64,000 bases of DNA from Pelagibacteraceae bacterium AG-414-M23. Its GTDB lineage: Bacteria; Pseudomonadota; Alphaproteobacteria; Pelagibacterales; Pelagibacteraceae. The stretch lies in NCBI GenBank assembly GCA_003214525.1, contig QCLN01000002.1:17200-81199 (forward strand). The letters run 5' to 3'. Below the pieces are notes generated by a model. The model was not told the DNA's origin, made no database searches, and was given only the letters and a program-made list of their open reading frames with translations. The translations under genes were made by a program, and so were the position numbers. Below, one piece after another: positions 20,904 to 30,482 of this stretch (position 1 is the first letter of the stretch; every line of letters begins with the position of its first letter).

Positions 20904-21583
20904 ATACAGCTTTAGTTTTATGTGCAGGCTATGGAAAAAGATTAAATCCTATTACTTTAAATAAGCCAAAGCCATTAATAGAAATTAATCAAATAACACT
21001 TTTAGAAAATACAATAAATTTAATAAATTCTCTTGGTATTAAAAAAATTTTAATTAATACCTTTTATTTAAGCGATCAAATCAAAGAGCATATTGAAAAA
21101 ATTAATTTAAATATAAGTCTAGAGATAGTTAATGATGGAGAAAAAATATTAGATACCGGCGGCGGAATTTTGAATTTATTAAAAAATTCAGATCAAGAAA
21201 ATTTTATAATTTTCAACCCAGATACAATATGGAATGAAAATTATCTTCAAGAAATTAAAAATATGAAAAACTTTTTCTTTGAAAATAATCTTAAAAATAT
21301 CCTTTTGATTGTTGAAAAATCAAAAAGCTTTGATGAAAGAATGAAAGGTGATTTTTCAGTAGAAAATAGAAAACTAAGCAAGTTAGGAAATAAAAAATAT
21401 ATATTCACAGGTTGTCAAATTTTAAATAGGAAAGTTTTTGAAAATTATAAAATAAATACTTTTTCTATAAACGAGATATGGGAAAAAATGATTTCAAACA
21501 ATGAACTTTATGGACATAAAAGTCAGGAAAAATTCACTCATGTAACTGACTTTGAAATTTATCAAAAATTAACTAAAACTTAA
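20894..21583 (+). CDS. murU: MurU-like nucleotidyltransferase
   Basis: LCAGYGKRLNPIT...PKPL, LDTGGG; follows amgK. Confidence 0.75.
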   Translation: MDINTALVLCAGYGKRLNPITLNKPKPLIEINQITLLENTINLINSLGIKKILINTFYLSDQIKEHIEKINLNISLEIVNDGEKILDTGGGILNLLKNSDQENFIIFNPDTIWNENYLQEIKNMKNFFFENNLKNILLIVEKSKSFDERMKGDFSVENRKLSKLGNKKYIFTGCQILNRKVFENYKINTFSINEIWEKMISNNELYGHKSQEKFTHVTDFEIYQKLTKT

Positions 21584-22283
21584 GCAAGTCTTTTGCTCTA
21601 GAAGAATCTAAATATTTTGCCTCTTTAACAGTATTATTATCAAGAGTAATTAACAGCGGATTCCCTGTTGGAATTTCTAATTTAGAAATAATTTTATTAT
21701 CTAAATCAAATAAATATTTACATAGTGCTCTTATAGAATTTCCATGAGCTGCTACTAAAACATTTTTATTTAAATTATTTTTAATATTTTCTGAATAAAA
21801 TTTAACTACTCTATCATAAGTATCTTTTAAGGACTCAGCATCAGGTATCCTATCTCTAGGGATATCATTATAAGTTTCAATATTTAAAGGATGATAAGGA
21901 CTGTTTTTGTTTAATGGTTCTGGAGGGAAATCCCAAGATCTTCTAAGCTTAAATATTTTTTCTTCGCCAAATTTATTTTTCATTTCGTTCTTATTTAATC
22001 CTGTAAGCTCACCATAATGTCTTTCATTTAGTTGCCAGGCTTTTATAATATTGTCATCTTTTACTCTAATAGTATTCAATATGAGTTTTAGAGTTTCCAA
22101 AGCTCTTTTTTGATATGAAGAATAATAAAAAGAAATTTCAATTTTTAAGTCTTTGATTAATTCCCCAGCTTTGCAAGCCTCCAATTTTCCTTTGTCTGTT
22201 AAATCTACGTCTACCCATCCAGTAAATCTTTTTTGCAAATTCCATTCACTCTGACCATGTCTTACTAAAATTAAATGACTCAT
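21573..22283 (-). CDS. gpmA: 2,3-bisphosphoglycerate-dependent phosphoglycerate mutase
   Basis: LVRHGQSEWN, FTGWVD, LNERHYG, AHGNSIRAL, IPTG.P. Confidence 0.96.
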   Translation of the reverse strand: MSHLILVRHGQSEWNLQKRFTGWVDVDLTDKGKLEACKAGELIKDLKIEISFYYSSYQKRALETLKLILNTIRVKDDNIIKAWQLNERHYGELTGLNKNEMKNKFGEEKIFKLRRSWDFPPEPLNKNSPYHPLNIETYNDIPRDRIPDAESLKDTYDRVVKFYSENIKNNLNKNVLVAAHGNSIRALCKYLFDLDNKIISKLEIPTGNPLLITLDNNTVKEAKYLDSSRAKDLLKF

Positions 22284-22309
22284 TGATGATTTTTATTTAT
22301 AAGATTTAT

Positions 22310-22681
22310 ATGAAAATAACAAAAATTTTTTTTCATATTTTAAACTTATTATTTGTAGTTTTTTACCTCTATCCTGGAAGTATACTGGGGTTTTTTATAT
22401 ATAATGATTTTAGCAAACAACCTCAAGTTACTCCAGATTTCATATTTTCATCTAACCACGTTTATGCTTTTGCTATTTTGTCACTTCTAGGATTAATAAG
22501 TTATATAAATAAAACAAAATTAATAATTTATTATTTTATATTTTTATCAATTTTTTTAGAGATATCTCATCTGACAATACCAAACAGATCATTTCAATTT
22601 TCTGACTTATTTGGTAATATCTTAGGGGTATTAATATCAATTTTAATATTAAAAATTTATTTTTATTTGGAGAAAAAATGA
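22310..22681 (+). CDS. VanZ-like membrane protein
   Basis: H..AF, E......PNRSF...DLFGN.LG pattern; hydrophobic protein. Start is uncertain. Confidence 0.65.
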   Translation: MKITKIFFHILNLLFVVFYLYPGSILGFFIYNDFSKQPQVTPDFIFSSNHVYAFAILSLLGLISYINKTKLIIYYFIFLSIFLEISHLTIPNRSFQFSDLFGNILGVLISILILKIYFYLEKK

Positions 22682-22986
22682 GTTCATTTGACGAAAGAGA
22701 AAAAGGTTTCGAAAAAAAGTTTGCTCATGATGAGGAATTGCAGTTTAAAATTAGTGCTAGAAAAAACAAATACTTAGGTGAGTGGGCATCAAAAATTTTA
22801 GGCCACAAGGATGAAAAGGAGAAAGAATATATACAATCTATTATAAAAGCTGATTTTGCTGAAGTTGGTGACGAAGATGTTTTTAGAAAGCTTAAAAAAG
22901 ATTTGGAAAATCATAATATTTCTGATGAAGAAGTAAGAAATAAAATGAACGAACTAAATGAAAAAGCTAAAGCTGACTTTAAGTAG
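22678..22986 (+). CDS. DUF1476 / F1Fo-ATPase inhibitor zeta subunit
   Basis: MSSFDEREKGFEKKFAHDEELQFK..AR.NK.LG.WA, ADF.E.GDEDVFRKL..DL. Confidence 0.85.
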   Translation: MSSFDEREKGFEKKFAHDEELQFKISARKNKYLGEWASKILGHKDEKEKEYIQSIIKADFAEVGDEDVFRKLKKDLENHNISDEEVRNKMNELNEKAKADFK

Positions 22987-23045
22987 TTTAATTATTTTAT
23001 CCGTAACAATGGTTAATTAAAAATAAATAAATTATAACTGAAATA

Positions 23046-23642
23046 GTGATTCGAAAAAAAATATATTTATTATTTATTTTTATTTTTACGTATTCTTGTG
23101 CATCAATTCCAAAAAATACCGCTGACAGCTGCTCAATATTTTCAGAAAAATATTTATGGTTTAAACATGCCCAAAAAACAGAAAAAAAATGGGGCACACC
23201 AATAAGTTTACAGTTAGCAATAATTAAAATGGAATCCGATTTTGACTGGCTAGCAAAACCCCCACGACAAAAGCTTTTCAAAGTAATACCGTATAAAAGA
23301 CCATCAAGCTCTTTAGGATATTCACAAGCAGTAAAGGGAACATGGGAACAATATAAAAATGAAACAAACAACCCACTAGCTACGAGAGTAAGATTTAAGG
23401 ATAGTGTAGATTTTATTGGCTGGTACACTAATAAAACTGAAAAGCTTTTAAAAATTTCAAAAACAGACTCTTTTAGACAATACATTGCATATCATGAAGG
23501 ATGGGGAAATTATAAAAATTTCAAAAAAAATACTAAGGTTATATTGCTTGCAAAAAAAGTAGAGCAACAAACAACCAAATATAAAAAACAACTTTTAGAT
23601 TGTAGAAAAAAATTAAGTAGAAATAAGTATATTATTTTTTAA
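23046..23642 (+). CDS. Lipoprotein with SLT-like lytic transglycosylase domain
   Basis: Signal peptide with lipobox-like TYSC; ES (catalytic Glu), SSSLGYSQA...TW..Y, DFIGWY, AYHEG. Confidence 0.75.
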   Translation: MIRKKIYLLFIFIFTYSCASIPKNTADSCSIFSEKYLWFKHAQKTEKKWGTPISLQLAIIKMESDFDWLAKPPRQKLFKVIPYKRPSSSLGYSQAVKGTWEQYKNETNNPLATRVRFKDSVDFIGWYTNKTEKLLKISKTDSFRQYIAYHEGWGNYKNFKKNTKVILLAKKVEQQTTKYKKQLLDCRKKLSRNKYIIF

Positions 23643-26600
23643 CGAAGTTCTTTTTTAAGTTCAATATCAACTGCATCTATTCTTTTAGTGTTTTTAGCTA
23701 AAGCCAAATACATTGTCGGCGTAACATAAAGTGTAAAGAATGTAGAAATTATCATACCACCAAGAATTGTCGAACCAACTGCCAATCTTGATCCTTCACC
23801 TGCTCCTGGTCCAAAATTTCCAATTACTAATGGCAGCATTGCAATCATTGTACTTAATGAAGTCATTATTATTGGTCTAAGTCTAATACTGCATGCTTCT
23901 TTTATTGAAGTTTCAATATTTTTTCCGGTAGTTCTAATTTGATTTGCATAATCAACTATTAAAATACTATTTTTCGTTGATATACCAATTAAAATAATCA
24001 AAGCAATCTGAGAAAATATATTTACTGAGCTGTTTAAAAATAAAATAAATATTAATCCACCAAATATAGCTAGCGGAACTGTGAGAACAATAATAAATGG
24101 ATGAACAAAAGAATTAAATGTTGCTGCCATGACCAAATATGCTGTTAATAATGCCAATGCAAAAATAATAAATAATTCATTGCTTGTTTCTTTGACTTCT
24201 TCGGATTTACCTTTCCAACTTATTTGATTTTGAGGCGCAATTTCAGCCATTATATTTTCCAAGTATTTTATTGCTTCAGTCAAAGAATAATTTTCAGCTA
24301 TATTTGCTGAGATGGTAACTGCTCTTTGTCGGTTGTACCTAGCAAGCGCCTTTGCTGTTCCTTCCTCTTTAAACTCAACTAAATTTACTAGCGAAACTAA
24401 TTTCCCATTTGTCTCAGATCTTACAAATATTTTTGATATACCTTCTTTGTTTCTTCTATCAGATAAATATTGCTGAAGTATAATTGGATATTCTTTTCCC
24501 AACTTATTAAATGTTGTAACTCTTTTTCCTCCATATAAAGTTTCTAGAGTTCTACCAATTGACTCTGCAGAAACTCCAAGATCCTTTGCTTTATTTTTAT
24601 TTATTATAAGTTTTACCTCAGGTTTATTTCTAGAATAGTCAGATTCAATTCTTGATAAATTTGAATTTCTTCTTAACTTTCCAATTACCTCTTTTTGTAT
24701 TTTTTCAAGCTCTTCATAAGTAGTTCCATAAATCACCATCTGAACTGGTTTATTATAACTTGAAACTCTAATTGATTGTGGAGAAATTGGAAAGGCAACC
24801 GCTTGTGGCACAGTCACTATTTTTCCAATTGCTTGTCTCATTACAGTTTGAGAATCTTGCTTTCTATTTTTCCAATGATCTAGTAGTGCAATAATTATAA
24901 AGCTATTATAAGAATTTGCTGAACTACCAAATCCAGGAACTCTCATTATAAATCTTCGATAGGGACCATCTTCAGCTTGAAGAAGTGGAATTAATCTTTG
25001 CTCAATAATTTGAGCCTTTTCTTGTGTATATTCAAATGAACTACCTTCATCTGTAAATCCAATTATTAAATATGCTCCCCTATCTTCCATTGGGAGCAAT
25101 TCTTTTTTTGAAAAATTGAAAAGTAGGACTGATGAAATAACAACAAATATTATAAAGAAGGTTATAGTTTTAGTCTTATTTAAAGTAACACTTAATGTTT
25201 CTTGGTAAAATTTTGAAAAGTTTAGAAATAAATTTTCAAACTTTTTAATAATAAAATTTTTATTTATCTTTTTTGTTAAAAATTTACTTCCTAGCATAGG
25301 CGATAATGTTAAAGCAACAAATGATGACACCACTATTGAAAAAGACAGAGCTATTGCAGTTTCTCTGAATAAAGTTCCAGAAATTCCTTCTATAAAAATT
25401 AATGGTAAAAAAACTGCAATTAAAATTAAAGTTGTTGCTATAATTGCGAAAGTGATTTGTTTAGATCCTTTGTAAGCTGCAACTAAAGGTGTTTCGCCAT
25501 TTTCTATTCTTCTATATATGGCATCTGTCATTATGACAGAGTCATCAGTAATTATTCCTATTGCTAATATAAAACTTAAGAGAACGAATATATTGATTGA
25601 TAAACCAAAAATATAAATTCCTAAGAATGAAGCAATTAAGCTCACTGGTAATGCAATTGCAGGTACTATTACAGCCTTTAAATTTCCAAGGAATAAATAA
25701 ATAATTAATACGACCAATACAAATGCAATTATAAGTGTTTTGTAAACTTCATTTATTGCAGCTCCTACGTAAGTTGCTCTATTAAACGCAATTTCAAGAT
25801 CTAGTCCGTCAGGTAAAGTTTTCTTTACTTCCTCAATTTTTTTTTTTATTTCCTTCGAAAGTTCCACAGTAGATGCCCCACTTTTGGCATATATTCCAAT
25901 ACCTACTGTTTTCAAATTTAACTGATCTTTTCTTTGTGCTTTGAATAAAGTTTTTTCAGATACAGGTCCAAATTCAATATTTGCAACATCTGAAAGTAAA
26001 ATTGTACGTTTGCTAGTTTTTTTAATTGGTAATTGTTTAATTGTTTCAATGCTATTATAGGATTTGTCTAAATTCAGTGTCAGATCAATATTATCTGCTT
26101 CTAAGGTACCGGCGGGAAGCCTAATATTTTCACCCCTTAATGCGCCCTCTACCTCCTGAACAGTTAAGTTATGAGCAGCTAATTTAACTGGATCTATCCA
26201 TACCCTTATACTTAACTCTCTAAGGCCTCCTACTAAAATTCTTCCAACATTTTTTACGCTTGAAAACGTATCCACTAAGTATCTATCTGCGTAATCTCCA
26301 AGTTCTAAATCACTCCATGTGGGTGAAGAGAGTGCAAGCCACATTGTTGTTGTAAATCCTGCTGCTCTTTTTAATATTTGTGGTGGATCAGATTCACTCG
26401 GGAGATTATCCACAACTCTTGCCACTCTTTCTCTAATATCATTAGCTGCGTTATCAAGATCTATACTTGTATCAAATTCAATATTTATAGTACTCCTTCC
26501 ATTTTCAGATTTAGAGTCAATATTCTTAATCCCCTCTGCACCACCAATCACGTCCTCAATTACTTGAGTGACTTCTTGGTCAACAATCGGTGCAGCTGCT

Positions 26601-26761
26601 GATGAGTAATCCACTTGAACTTGTACCACTGGAGGCTGTATACCAGCTGGCAATTCTCTAACGGGAAGTTTCCAAAATACAAAAATACCAAATGTGATCA
26701 GAATTAATGACATTACCCATGAAACAACCGGTCTTCTTATACTAATGTCTGTTATGAACAT
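23639..26761 (-). CDS. RND efflux permease (AcrB/HAE1 family)
   Basis: IRRPV, LPVRELP; TM4 DD (IITDDS), TKNSILIV and RLRPIIMTS proton-relay residues; 1040 aa. Confidence 0.93.
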   Translation of the reverse strand: MFITDISIRRPVVSWVMSLILITFGIFVFWKLPVRELPAGIQPPVVQVQVDYSSAAAPIVDQEVTQVIEDVIGGAEGIKNIDSKSENGRSTINIEFDTSIDLDNAANDIRERVARVVDNLPSESDPPQILKRAAGFTTTMWLALSSPTWSDLELGDYADRYLVDTFSSVKNVGRILVGGLRELSIRVWIDPVKLAAHNLTVQEVEGALRGENIRLPAGTLEADNIDLTLNLDKSYNSIETIKQLPIKKTSKRTILLSDVANIEFGPVSEKTLFKAQRKDQLNLKTVGIGIYAKSGASTVELSKEIKKKIEEVKKTLPDGLDLEIAFNRATYVGAAINEVYKTLIIAFVLVVLIIYLFLGNLKAVIVPAIALPVSLIASFLGIYIFGLSINIFVLLSFILAIGIITDDSVIMTDAIYRRIENGETPLVAAYKGSKQITFAIIATTLILIAVFLPLIFIEGISGTLFRETAIALSFSIVVSSFVALTLSPMLGSKFLTKKINKNFIIKKFENLFLNFSKFYQETLSVTLNKTKTITFFIIFVVISSVLLFNFSKKELLPMEDRGAYLIIGFTDEGSSFEYTQEKAQIIEQRLIPLLQAEDGPYRRFIMRVPGFGSSANSYNSFIIIALLDHWKNRKQDSQTVMRQAIGKIVTVPQAVAFPISPQSIRVSSYNKPVQMVIYGTTYEELEKIQKEVIGKLRRNSNLSRIESDYSRNKPEVKLIINKNKAKDLGVSAESIGRTLETLYGGKRVTTFNKLGKEYPIILQQYLSDRRNKEGISKIFVRSETNGKLVSLVNLVEFKEEGTAKALARYNRQRAVTISANIAENYSLTEAIKYLENIMAEIAPQNQISWKGKSEEVKETSNELFIIFALALLTAYLVMAATFNSFVHPFIIVLTVPLAIFGGLIFILFLNSSVNIFSQIALIILIGISTKNSILIVDYANQIRTTGKNIETSIKEACSIRLRPIIMTSLSTMIAMLPLVIGNFGPGAGEGSRLAVGSTILGGMIISTFFTLYVTPTMYLALAKNTKRIDAVDIELKKELR

Positions 26762-26765
26762 TTAA

Positions 26766-27683
26766 TTAATTTTTATCTTCTTTTTTTTTCCAATTAGACT
26801 CACTCTTTTCTTCACCTTCTTTAATTGGATTTATTTTTGCTCGCGGGTATACTTTTTTTAATCCTTCGGCAACTATTACATCACCTTCACTTAGTCCTGA
26901 TAATATTTCAATTTTACCTTCACCTCGACTACCAATTTGAACCTCTATTTTATTAGCTGTATTTTTTGGAGATACTTTATAAACAAAAGCTTTCTCACCC
27001 TCCATTATTATACTTGTATCTGGTACACCTAAAGAATTTCTCATATTAAACATAATGCTTACTTCTAAAAGAGATCCAGAGATTAATTCTAAATCTGAGT
27101 TATCAATCTTAATTCTTGTAAGTAAACTTCTTGTATCTGCATTAATTCTACTTGAAATAAAATCAACCTCACCACTGAAGGTTTTGTTTTTGAAACTAGA
27201 TACTTTTGCTTCTATCGGCAAACCCTTTTCAAGAACAGAAGAATAATTTTCTGGGATTTTTATATCTGAGTAAATAACTTTAGTGTCATCTAGTGTAATA
27301 ATTATAGTTTTGTCAGAAACAAATATATCCTCAGTTAATCCCGTATAACCAACTACTCCGCTAAATGGAGCAATTATATCTCCACTTTTTAACTTAACTA
27401 TAACATCTCCTTTATTTACATAGCTGTTAAGTTCTAACTTATTTAAAAGATCGTCTTTTTTAATTCTAAATATGTCACTTTTATTTGGTACAGCAGTTCC
27501 AAAGGTTTCAATTTTTTCAAAAAATCTATTTTCTACTACTTCTGTAACCATAATTCCTGGAGGAGGTCTCTTCCCAAACTTTTTCTTAAAATGATTACCA
27601 ATCATTGTTCTTCCAATGATAACTGTAGCTATGATTAGAATAAAAATTATTACAATTGATAAAATTTTAGTTGATCTTTTCAT
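26766..27683 (-). CDS. RND periplasmic adaptor (MFP), short form
   Basis: N-terminal TM; VNKGD and IAPFSGVVG lipoyl halves, IPE, TRS, VP..SI, V.IG.R, GL.EGD.IV.EG. Confidence 0.85.
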   Translation of the reverse strand: MKRSTKILSIVIIFILIIATVIIGRTMIGNHFKKKFGKRPPPGIMVTEVVENRFFEKIETFGTAVPNKSDIFRIKKDDLLNKLELNSYVNKGDVIVKLKSGDIIAPFSGVVGYTGLTEDIFVSDKTIIITLDDTKVIYSDIKIPENYSSVLEKGLPIEAKVSSFKNKTFSGEVDFISSRINADTRSLLTRIKIDNSDLELISGSLLEVSIMFNMRNSLGVPDTSIIMEGEKAFVYKVSPKNTANKIEVQIGSRGEGKIEILSGLSEGDVIVAEGLKKVYPRAKINPIKEGEEKSESNWKKKEDKN

Positions 27684-28498
27684 TTAATTAATCCGTACTC
27701 GCTCCATGAACCATCATATATGGTAGGGGTATATTTATTATTAATCAAGGAATATGCAAGAGCTAAAACGGAAGCAGTGACACCTGAGCCACAGCTAAAA
27801 ACCACATTATTATCTTCAGTATTCATAATTTTTTTAAAGCTTAAATCTAATTCATTACTATTTTTAAAAGTGTTATTATTTCTGTTTATTAATTCACCAA
27901 AAGGTAAGCAGCTAGAACCTTGAATTGATCCACTTCTTACGCTTGGTCTTGGCTCAGGTGCTTTTCCTGCAAATCTTTCTCTACTTCTTGCATCAATTAC
28001 TTTAAATATTTTTGTAGATATATTTTTATCAATCTCAATTTTAGATTTTACCATATTTTTATTTTCTTTTGCTATATAATTAGTTTTAGATATTTCTGTC
28101 ACATTATCAAAAACAGGTTTTCCTTCTTGTTTCCATTTTTTTAAACCTCCATTTAATACAGAAATTAAAGATGGGTCATGACCAAAGTAAAGAAAAGTAT
28201 ACCAGCATCTGCATGAGCTAATTAGATCTGAGTTATCGTATACAACTATTTTGTCTTTATTAGAAATTCCTAAATTAGATACGATTTTTTCCCATTCTTT
28301 TATTTTAGGCAACATATGTGGTAAATCTGTTTTTTGATCTGAATATTTGTCTATATCAAAAAAAATTGAATTCATAATGTGTTCTTCGGAATATTCTTTA
28401 AATGCTTTTCTATTTTGATTTGGTAAGTGCCATGAGCTATCAAGAATTTTTACATTTTTAATATTATCGTATAACCAATCTGTAGTTGCCAAAGACAT
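27680..28498 (-). CDS. sseA: 3-mercaptopyruvate sulfurtransferase / rhodanese
   Basis: PHMLP, LNGGL..W, DARS..RF.G..PEPR, CGSGVTA active site, YDGSWSEY. Confidence 0.92.
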   Translation of the reverse strand: MSLATTDWLYDNIKNVKILDSSWHLPNQNRKAFKEYSEEHIMNSIFFDIDKYSDQKTDLPHMLPKIKEWEKIVSNLGISNKDKIVVYDNSDLISSCRCWYTFLYFGHDPSLISVLNGGLKKWKQEGKPVFDNVTEISKTNYIAKENKNMVKSKIEIDKNISTKIFKVIDARSRERFAGKAPEPRPSVRSGSIQGSSCLPFGELINRNNNTFKNSNELDLSFKKIMNTEDNNVVFSCGSGVTASVLALAYSLINNKYTPTIYDGSWSEYGLIK

Positions 28499-28947
28499 TA
28501 AAATCGATTTTTTTCCAAATATTTCTGATGATAATCTTCCGCTTTTGTATAGTTTTTATTTTCAGAAATTTTTGTTACAATTTTTGAATTAAATTTTTTA
28601 TTTAACTTATCTAAAACAGAGTATGATATTTTTTTTTGTTCATCATTAATATAAAATATTTCACTTCGGTATTGAGTTCCAATATCCGGACCTTGTTTAT
28701 CCAAAGTTGTAGGATCATGAAATTCAAAAAAATATTCTAATATTTTTTCATAGGATATTTTTTTTGAGTCAAAAGTTAATTTAACAACTTCAGCATGACC
28801 AGTTTCACCTGAACATACTTCTTTATAAGTAACATTTGGCATTTTTCCTCCACAGTATCCAACCTCTGTTTCTACAATGCCTTCAATTTTACCAAACTTT
28901 TTTTCTGGACCCCAAAAACAACCCAGGGCAAGAACTGCTATTTCCAT
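28498..28947 (-). CDS. msrA: Peptide-methionine (S)-S-oxide reductase
   Basis: GCFWG, TGHAE, HDPT..DKQG.DIGTQYRS, AEDYHQ.Y. Confidence 0.95.
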   Translation of the reverse strand: MEIAVLALGCFWGPEKKFGKIEGIVETEVGYCGGKMPNVTYKEVCSGETGHAEVVKLTFDSKKISYEKILEYFFEFHDPTTLDKQGPDIGTQYRSEIFYINDEQKKISYSVLDKLNKKFNSKIVTKISENKNYTKAEDYHQKYLEKNRF

Positions 28948-28981
28948 TGATTATTCCTTAATTTAAATTAAAGATAATCTT

Positions 28982-29863
28982 ATGCTTTCCAAAAATCAAT
29001 TAGGTTTTTTTTACATGTTCATTTCTATTTGTGCATTCTCTTTAATGGATGTTATTGTAAAATGGTCTGATGCATATCCAGTTGGACAAGTCTTATTTTT
29101 TAGAGGATTTTGTGGATTAATACCTATTTTATTTCTTATTCCAAAAGATAGATTTTTAGATTTTTACAAAACCGACAGACCCTTGCTTCATTTAAAAAGA
29201 TGCTTAGCAGGTCTAATTGCTTTGGTATCTATATTTATTGCTTTAAGGAATCTTCCATTGGCTACAGTTGTAAGTATTACATTTGCTGCTCCAATTTTTA
29301 CAACTATTTTTTCAATATTTTTATTAAATGAAAAAGTTCGTTTATATAGATGGTTAGCAGTTGTAGTTGGGTTTATAGGAGTAGTTATAATTTCTGAACC
29401 AGGATTTATTTCATTGAATTTTTATTATATATATCCAATAATTTTTTGTATAGGACTCTCCTATGTTGCAATTGCAATAAGAAAATTATCTACTACTGAG
29501 CCAGTATGGTTGATAGGTTTTTTCTTTTCTTTTTCGATAATGATTTTAAGTTTTTTCACTTTTTATCAAGGATGGATAATGCCTAATATAAGAGATTTAT
29601 TATTATTGTCGATGATTGGAATTTTAGGAGGTTTAGCCAATTTATGGTTAACTCAATCTTATAAATATTCTGAAGTCAGCTTGGTAACTCCTTTAAAATA
29701 TTTAGCATTAGTTTTTGCAATAATTTTTGGATATTTTATATGGGAAGAAATTCCTACAACAAAAACACTTATTGGTGCATTTCTTGTTATTATCTCATCA
29801 TTTATAATTTTTAGAAGAGAAATGTATTTAAAAAAACAAGTTTCAGTCACCAGACATGAGTAA
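28982..29863 (+). CDS. DMT/EamA family transporter
   Basis: About ten TM helices with EamA repeat; F.AP, L.EKV...RW, FGY..W.E.P. Confidence 0.85.
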   Translation: MLSKNQLGFFYMFISICAFSLMDVIVKWSDAYPVGQVLFFRGFCGLIPILFLIPKDRFLDFYKTDRPLLHLKRCLAGLIALVSIFIALRNLPLATVVSITFAAPIFTTIFSIFLLNEKVRLYRWLAVVVGFIGVVIISEPGFISLNFYYIYPIIFCIGLSYVAIAIRKLSTTEPVWLIGFFFSFSIMILSFFTFYQGWIMPNIRDLLLLSMIGILGGLANLWLTQSYKYSEVSLVTPLKYLALVFAIIFGYFIWEEIPTTKTLIGAFLVIISSFIIFRREMYLKKQVSVTRHE

Positions 29864-30482
29864 AGCACCACCTTATTGGAATAAAGCAAAAAAATATCTT
29901 TCAAGGAAAGATATTAAAATGAAAAAATTAATTAAAAATTATTCAGACGCTAATCTGACAACTCGTAAGAACGTTTTTTTTTCATTATGCAAAAGTATAA
30001 TTGGACAACAAATTAGTGTTGCAGCTGCAAATTCTGTTTTTTTAAAATTTAAAAAAAAATGCAATGGTATGATTAATCCAAAAAAAGTTAATTCATTAAA
30101 TTACTATGAGTTGAAAAAATGTGGACTAAGTAGACAAAAGGTAAAAGGAATCAAAGAACTTTCAAAAAAATTTTTAGATAAATCTTTTAACCCCAAGATA
30201 ATAGGAAAAATGAATGATGAAGAAGCAATCGAATATTTATCTCAACTAAGACAGATAGGAAGATGGTCAGCAGAAATGATTTTATTATTTACTTTTAATA
30301 GATCTAATATTTGGCCCGTTCAAGATATTGGACTATTAAGAGCAATATCTAAAAATTTCAAAAAAAAATATTTTCCTCCAAAAAAATTTGTATCAGATCT
30401 TCAAAAAAGATATTCGCCCTATTGTTCAGTTGCAACTTGGTATTTGTGGCGTAGTATTGATAATGAACCAATACAATATTAA
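29856..30482 (+). CDS. alkA: DNA-3-methyladenine glycosylase II (HhH-GPD)
   Basis: SIIGQQIS, GLSRQK, IGRWSAEM, P..D.G, YLWR. Confidence 0.85.
   Translation: MSKAPPYWNKAKKYLSRKDIKMKKLIKNYSDANLTTRKNVFFSLCKSIIGQQISVAAANSVFLKFKKKCNGMINPKKVNSLNYYELKKCGLSRQKVKGIKELSKKFLDKSFNPKIIGKMNDEEAIEYLSQLRQIGRWSAEMILLFTFNRSNIWPVQDIGLLRAISKNFKKKYFPPKKFVSDLQKRYSPYCSVATWYLWRSIDNEPIQY

Noticed and set aside
22997-23485. 162-aa minus-strand ORF
   Set aside because: It is the antisense shadow of the motif-bearing SLT lipoprotein and has no recognisable features.
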